Source of the DNA: Candidatus Woesebacteria bacterium GW2011_GWF1_31_35 | Lineage (GTDB): Bacteria; Patescibacteriota; Microgenomatia; UBA8517 | Assembly: GCA_001029755.1 (NCBI GenBank) | Contig: CP011214.1 | Coordinates: 711,258-775,257, forward strand | Direction of reading: 5' to 3' | Length of the DNA: 64,000 bases | Shown here: positions 59,775 through 64,000 of the stretch, in pieces | Layout of the letters: each line of letters opens with the position of its first letter | Position numbering within the stretch: position 1 is the stretch's first letter | Translations under genes and position numbers: made by a program | The notes under the pieces: generated by a model | What the model was told of the DNA's origin: nothing | Databases searched by the model: none | The model's input: the letters and a program-made list of their open reading frames with translations, nothing else

Positions 59775-60044
59775 ATGACAAAGAAAGATAAAAATGAAGT
59801 TGTTGAATTATTCAATCAAGGTATGTCTGAAATAATTCTACCTGTTCTAGATGAGATGAACAAAAAGATGGCCACAAAAGAAGATATTAAATCCATTAGA
59901 AGTGAGATGGCCACAAAAGAAGATATTAAGGATGTTGGAGCACAATTAGATTCAATTGAAAGAAAGGTTGAAGCACAACAACTTAGGTCAGATCGTCATG
60001 GAAAAGATATAGAAACCCTCAAAAAGGCCTGTGCATTTGCCTAA
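59775..60044 (+). CDS. Small coiled-coil protein with MATKEDIK repeats
   Basis: 89 aa; own promoter; internal duplication. Confidence 0.75.
   Translation: MTKKDKNEVVELFNQGMSEIILPVLDEMNKKMATKEDIKSIRSEMATKEDIKDVGAQLDSIERKVEAQQLRSDRHGKDIETLKKACAFA
59866..59929 (+). repeat. 25-bp direct repeat, 39-bp period
   Basis: AGATGGCCACAAAAGAAGATATTAA at 59866-59890 and 59905-59929. Confidence 0.9.
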
Positions 60045-60046
60045 TT

Positions 60047-61147
60047 TTAAATAATTTCTTTATAAACTTTTAGTGTTTCTTCTGCTGTATGTTGCCAAGA
60101 GAAGTCTTTTATTCTTTTTAGACCTTTATCTATAAGTGTTTTAGGTTTTTCAAGACTTTCTGTAATTCCATCTGCAATTGAATTTACGTCATAAGGATCA
60201 ACCAATATTGCTGCTCCTCCTGAAACTTCAGGCATACTAGAAACATTTGAGGCAACAACAGGAACACAACAATTAAAAGCGTCAAGTATTGGTATGCCAA
60301 ATCCTTCGTAAATAGAGGCAAATACTAAAGCTTTAGAACCTGTTAAAAGAGCTTCTAGATCTGAATCGTCTACATGTCCTAAAAATCTTACCCCTCTTTC
60401 ATCCAATAACTTAGAACCTATCATCTCACCCACTACAATCAATTTTAAGTTCCTTCCAGCTTTAGAAAGGTGATATCCTTCAATAATTCTCTTTACATTC
60501 TTTCTAGAGTTAACTCCAATCGTAATAATATAGTTTTCATGAATATTATATTTCTTTTTCACTGCTTCTACTTCTTTTTCACTAGCCTTAAAAAGATTTG
60601 GAGCTTCTGGAATTACTCTTATCTTTTCTTCATCAAATCCTAAACTAATTAGATCACCTTTAGTACAAAGACTGGGAACAATAATTCTTTTTGATTCCTT
60701 AGCTACCCACTTTAATCTTTCTCTATGTGTTTCAACTATTACCCTTGGTGTTAGTTTTGGAAACTTAATTGGAATTAAATCATGAATTGTTGTTACTTTT
60801 GAAATTTTAGTTGGAGGCTCTGCCCAATCAGAAGTATGGATTAAGTCTACTTCCCCTATTAATTTTTCAATCGGTAAAATATGTAGTTTATTCCAAATCA
60901 AGTTAGCCAACGTTGGAGGAATTGGGAATACTTTAACATTTAAATTACTTCCTAATTTGTTAATCTTTTGTTCTAATTCTTTTTTCCTTCTTAATGATCC
61001 TCCATACAACAAATACTCATTTTCTTTACCAGCACCGCTGGCCAAGCTTTGCTTATTAATTTTTAATAAATTCCTAACCAGGTTTTCTCTATAATGAGAT
61101 ACACCAGTTCCATAAATAATTTGAGATAAATCAATTGCAATTTTCAT
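60047..61147 (-). CDS. GT4 glycosyltransferase
   Basis: TGV..Y, TIHDL, RKN, YEGFGIP.L.A. Confidence 0.92.
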   Translation of the reverse strand: MKIAIDLSQIIYGTGVSHYRENLVRNLLKINKQSLASGAGKENEYLLYGGSLRRKKELEQKINKLGSNLNVKVFPIPPTLANLIWNKLHILPIEKLIGEVDLIHTSDWAEPPTKISKVTTIHDLIPIKFPKLTPRVIVETHRERLKWVAKESKRIIVPSLCTKGDLISLGFDEEKIRVIPEAPNLFKASEKEVEAVKKKYNIHENYIITIGVNSRKNVKRIIEGYHLSKAGRNLKLIVVGEMIGSKLLDERGVRFLGHVDDSDLEALLTGSKALVFASIYEGFGIPILDAFNCCVPVVASNVSSMPEVSGGAAILVDPYDVNSIADGITESLEKPKTLIDKGLKRIKDFSWQHTAEETLKVYKEII

Positions 61148-61176
61148 AAATTATTATTTTTTTATTTAAAGTATTA

Positions 61177-62535
61177 CTACTCTTTAATAAGATATTCTAC
61201 TTCACCCACACTATTAAAGCTAAACGTTTTACTTTTTTTATATCCATAACCACTAAGCTCTTTTCTAACAATTTGGTTTGGATCAGTTAAATCTTCAAGA
61301 TAATTAAAATAATAAAGTCCTTTGTAATTTTGCAAGAGTTTTGAAACTTTAGTTTTTGTTAACTCAGAATTAACTGAAATTGAATCTGCGGCTGAAATAA
61401 CTTTATTTCCCTTAGTTGAATACCACTTATATGGTGCAAAAGGTTCAGGATAATTTAAAACTATTGCTTCATTTGTTTTTAAGTTTGATTCGACAAAATA
61501 AACCGCTTCTTTCCAGTTTTCCCTTTGTTGAGTTTTATCAGTTACATAAATCCCCCATCCTATTAAATTTACTAAAAGCATTAATGTAATTAATAATTTG
61601 CTTTTTGTTTTAGAAACTAAAATATAAAAAGCTGGTACAACAAATAAAAATCTAAAATAGATAAATGCAGGAAATACAAATGAGACTACAAAACCTATTG
61701 CGGGTGGAACTAGAAACCAAAGCCAATAGATTAAATTTTCTTTCTTAAAACTTTTCTTTAAAGAAAGAATAAATGGAATAGAAGAAAGCAAAATAAGTCC
61801 ATAATAAGTTTGTTTTGGATAAAAAGAAATTCTTCCCAAAATTAATTTATTCCAAAAAAGAATCAATTGTTTTAAAGTAGCTCCACCTGCAACATTTTGC
61901 CAAGCTGGTAGTGTTTGTAATAATCTACTTCCACTTTCTGATTGAAACATAAATACAGGTTCCCAAAAAAGCCCTAATAAAATTAGTGGAATATGAGAAA
62001 GTAAAAACATTTTCCACCAAGCTAAATTTTTTTTAGTTAAAATCGCATATATCCAAAAGACAGGAAGTATAAATACTGGTACATAATCTGTAAAAATTAA
62101 GGCACAAATTGTTAAAGAAAGTAGTAAAAATTTATTTTTAATAAAAAGATATACGGCAAGAATAGATAAAAATCCTGCCATTACATACATTCTTGCTTCC
62201 TGAGAATAATAAATATGAAGTGGAGCTGTTGCAATTAATAGTGTAGCCATTTTACTTTTGGTTAATTTATAAACTAAATAAATAGTTCCAAGACCAAAAA
62301 GAACTGATAAACTTCTTAAACCAATTTCAGAATACCCAAAATAGTTTGTCCAAAGTTTTAAAGTTAAATAATAAAGGGGTGGATGATTATCAGCTAAAGA
62401 AAACTTAGTAAAAATATCAAAATAACTCATATTCTTAACTACCAATGCCCCAATTGCTTCATCAAGCCAAAGAGATTGATTAATTGATACAAGTCTTAAA
62501 ACTGTACTTAAAATAAGTATTAAAAATATCGCCAT
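61177..62535 (-). CDS. GT39/PMT-like membrane glycosyltransferase
   Basis: SLWLDEA, DNHPPLYY, LRSLS, YYSQEARMY. Confidence 0.88.
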   Translation of the reverse strand: MAIFLILILSTVLRLVSINQSLWLDEAIGALVVKNMSYFDIFTKFSLADNHPPLYYLTLKLWTNYFGYSEIGLRSLSVLFGLGTIYLVYKLTKSKMATLLIATAPLHIYYSQEARMYVMAGFLSILAVYLFIKNKFLLLSLTICALIFTDYVPVFILPVFWIYAILTKKNLAWWKMFLLSHIPLILLGLFWEPVFMFQSESGSRLLQTLPAWQNVAGGATLKQLILFWNKLILGRISFYPKQTYYGLILLSSIPFILSLKKSFKKENLIYWLWFLVPPAIGFVVSFVFPAFIYFRFLFVVPAFYILVSKTKSKLLITLMLLVNLIGWGIYVTDKTQQRENWKEAVYFVESNLKTNEAIVLNYPEPFAPYKWYSTKGNKVISAADSISVNSELTKTKVSKLLQNYKGLYYFNYLEDLTDPNQIVRKELSGYGYKKSKTFSFNSVGEVEYLIKE

Positions 62536-62543
62536 ACCAACTT

Positions 62544-62553
62544 ATGATATCAT
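62544..62553. promoter_or_regulatory. Palindromic bidirectional extended -10 element
   Basis: ATGATATCAT reads TGaTATCAT on both strands, 8 nt from each divergent ATG. Confidence 0.6.
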
Positions 62554-62561
62554 CATTCTAT

Positions 62562-63944
62562 ATGAGATTCCTCACCGTAGGACTTTTTATAATTCTTCTT
62601 ATTTTTACAAGATTTTTTAACCTTGAAAAAACTGCTAGATTTATTTGGGACGAATCAAGCGATCTTGTGAATATCAGAAGAATTTATATCCAAAAAGACA
62701 TAACTTTAATAGGTCCAATTTCTGAAGATGGAAACAAAGTTTTTGGATCCTTAACATATTACATGTTAATTCCATTTGCAGTAATTGGAAACTTTGATCC
62801 GGCAAGTACAGCTTACGGTGCAGCCTTTTGGGGAGTTATCACGGGAATACTATTTTTGATAATTAGTTACAAACTAAATAAAAAATCTGAAGTTTTAACT
62901 TTACTTTTAATAATTTTTTGGTCAGCAATTCTAATTCCGTCTCGTTGGGCATGGAATCCTAACTTTATGCCTTTTTGGTCAGCTCTTTCAATTATTATGC
63001 TTCTTTCTAAAAATAAATTTAAATACATTCTATCAGGATTATTTTTAGGACTTACTATTCACCACCATTATCTTGGAGCATTTACTACCTTTGGACTTTG
63101 GTTAGTAATTTTAAAAGATTCTATAAGAAGTAAAAATTACAAAGACATAATAAATTTTTCATTTGGGTCATTTTTTGCAATTTCACCATTCATTCTTTTT
63201 GATCTAACTCATAAACCTGATTTATTTTTATCAAGAATTCTTTATTTTAATAATCTAGATAGTAATTTAGGAATTTTAGGTACCTTCTCAAAAATTGGAA
63301 ACTATGTGATTTCAAATAATTATTTAGTATTATTTTCAATTATTTTTATTGTTCCTTTAGTTTGGATAGATATTAAAAAAAGATCTTCCTCTTTAAATTA
63401 TTTATTTATTTTTATCTTTTCTGGTTTACTTTTAACTTTAACTAAAAATTATTACGATCATTACCTATTAGCTTCTCTACCATTTTTATTTACTTATTTA
63501 ATTTACAAACGAGAAGGAATAGGAAATCTAATTTCAAAAATACTTATATTTATAATCATTATTTCTTCTTTAATTAATTTTCCTAAAATAATAAATAATG
63601 TAACTTGGGAAACAAATATTCCTGCAATTAGAAATATTGCCCAAATTATGGGAGACGAGATAAAACTTAAGGACTTAAAAAATGTAAACACAGTAGTACT
63701 TCAAAGTCCTGATCCAAATACTTATGGCAGAAGATACAGAGATCTTTTATTAATTAAAGGGATTAATTTAAAAAATAAGAATGAATATGAAATTTCAGAT
63801 CACCTTTTTGTAATTACATACAAACCTTATGAGGAAATTTTAAAAGACAGCGCATATGAAATAAAGATATTTAAAAAAGGTAAACTAGAAAATTCTTGGG
63901 ATATACCAAATTCATCATGGAAAGTTTTTCTTTTGGGTAAATAA
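62562..63944 (+). CDS. GT-C (GT39-like) membrane protein
   Basis: RF.NL....F.WDE..D, LIGP, YY, SRWAWNPN; multi-TM; ATG 62562 preferred. Confidence 0.8.
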   Translation: MRFLTVGLFIILLIFTRFFNLEKTARFIWDESSDLVNIRRIYIQKDITLIGPISEDGNKVFGSLTYYMLIPFAVIGNFDPASTAYGAAFWGVITGILFLIISYKLNKKSEVLTLLLIIFWSAILIPSRWAWNPNFMPFWSALSIIMLLSKNKFKYILSGLFLGLTIHHHYLGAFTTFGLWLVILKDSIRSKNYKDIINFSFGSFFAISPFILFDLTHKPDLFLSRILYFNNLDSNLGILGTFSKIGNYVISNNYLVLFSIIFIVPLVWIDIKKRSSSLNYLFIFIFSGLLLTLTKNYYDHYLLASLPFLFTYLIYKREGIGNLISKILIFIIIISSLINFPKIINNVTWETNIPAIRNIAQIMGDEIKLKDLKNVNTVVLQSPDPNTYGRRYRDLLLIKGINLKNKNEYEISDHLFVITYKPYEEILKDSAYEIKIFKKGKLENSWDIPNSSWKVFLLGK

Positions 63945-63949
63945 CTTTA

Positions 63950-64000
63950 TTATTTGGATCCTTTTTTAAAAAAAAGATAGTTTAATATTCCTATAAAGAT
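63950..64000 (-). CDS. Probable 3' end of a gene entering from outside the window
   Basis: ...IFIGILNYLFFKKGSK* converging on the previous gene. Confidence 0.35.
   Translation of the reverse strand: MFIGILNYLFFKKGSK

Noticed and set aside
59866-59929. CRISPR-like or DGR-like repeat
   Set aside because: Only two identical copies with a 14-bp spacer, in frame within a protein; no cas or RT genes.
739-63691. Numerous 60-160 aa ORFs antisense to or nested in long genes (e.g. 739-1113, 2983-3291, 18298-18690, 58020-58499)
   Set aside because: They shadow well-conserved genes, have antisense-typical composition and no motifs.
1-64000. Alternative genetic code (TGA as Gly/Trp, as in some CPR lineages)
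   Set aside because: Core genes are full length under code 11 and several end in TGA with ATGA coupling.

Overview
Very AT-rich, gene-dense bacterial window read with genetic code 11. Gene content and style (compact Mur ligases, alpha2-type GlyRS, DUF4012, many GT-C proteins, overlapping genes, no obvious Shine-Dalgarno motifs) suggest Patescibacteria/CPR, probably Microgenomates (Woesebacteria-like); that assignment is inference. Layout: surface-glycan locus 1 (1.4-7.9 kb); secreted Kelch + C39-like peptidase; glpX, a PRTase, tRNA-Val(CAC), a guaB-like gene, lepB, parB, rplU/rpmA, rodA and ileS; an unusually complete dcw cluster (20.7-41.3 kb) with MurE-GlmU and MurC-MurB fusions, yvcK, murA, murI and an inserted Bro-N gene; glyQS/recO; and a large glycan locus 2 (45-64 kb). 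No transposase, integrase, reverse transcriptase, rRNA or CRISPR array was seen. Most notable signals: a 25-bp near-perfect palindrome inside the Bro-N coding sequence; an in-frame hairpin insertion in a GT4 sharing a CAAGC-N3-GCTT motif with two intergenic repeats; widespread apparently leaderless and symmetric bidirectional promoters; IleRS with GVHH in place of HIGH; MurA with Cys-to-Asp at the fosfomycin site; and a GuaB-like enzyme lacking IMPDH flap motifs. Product calls come from motif recognition by eye, not database searches.
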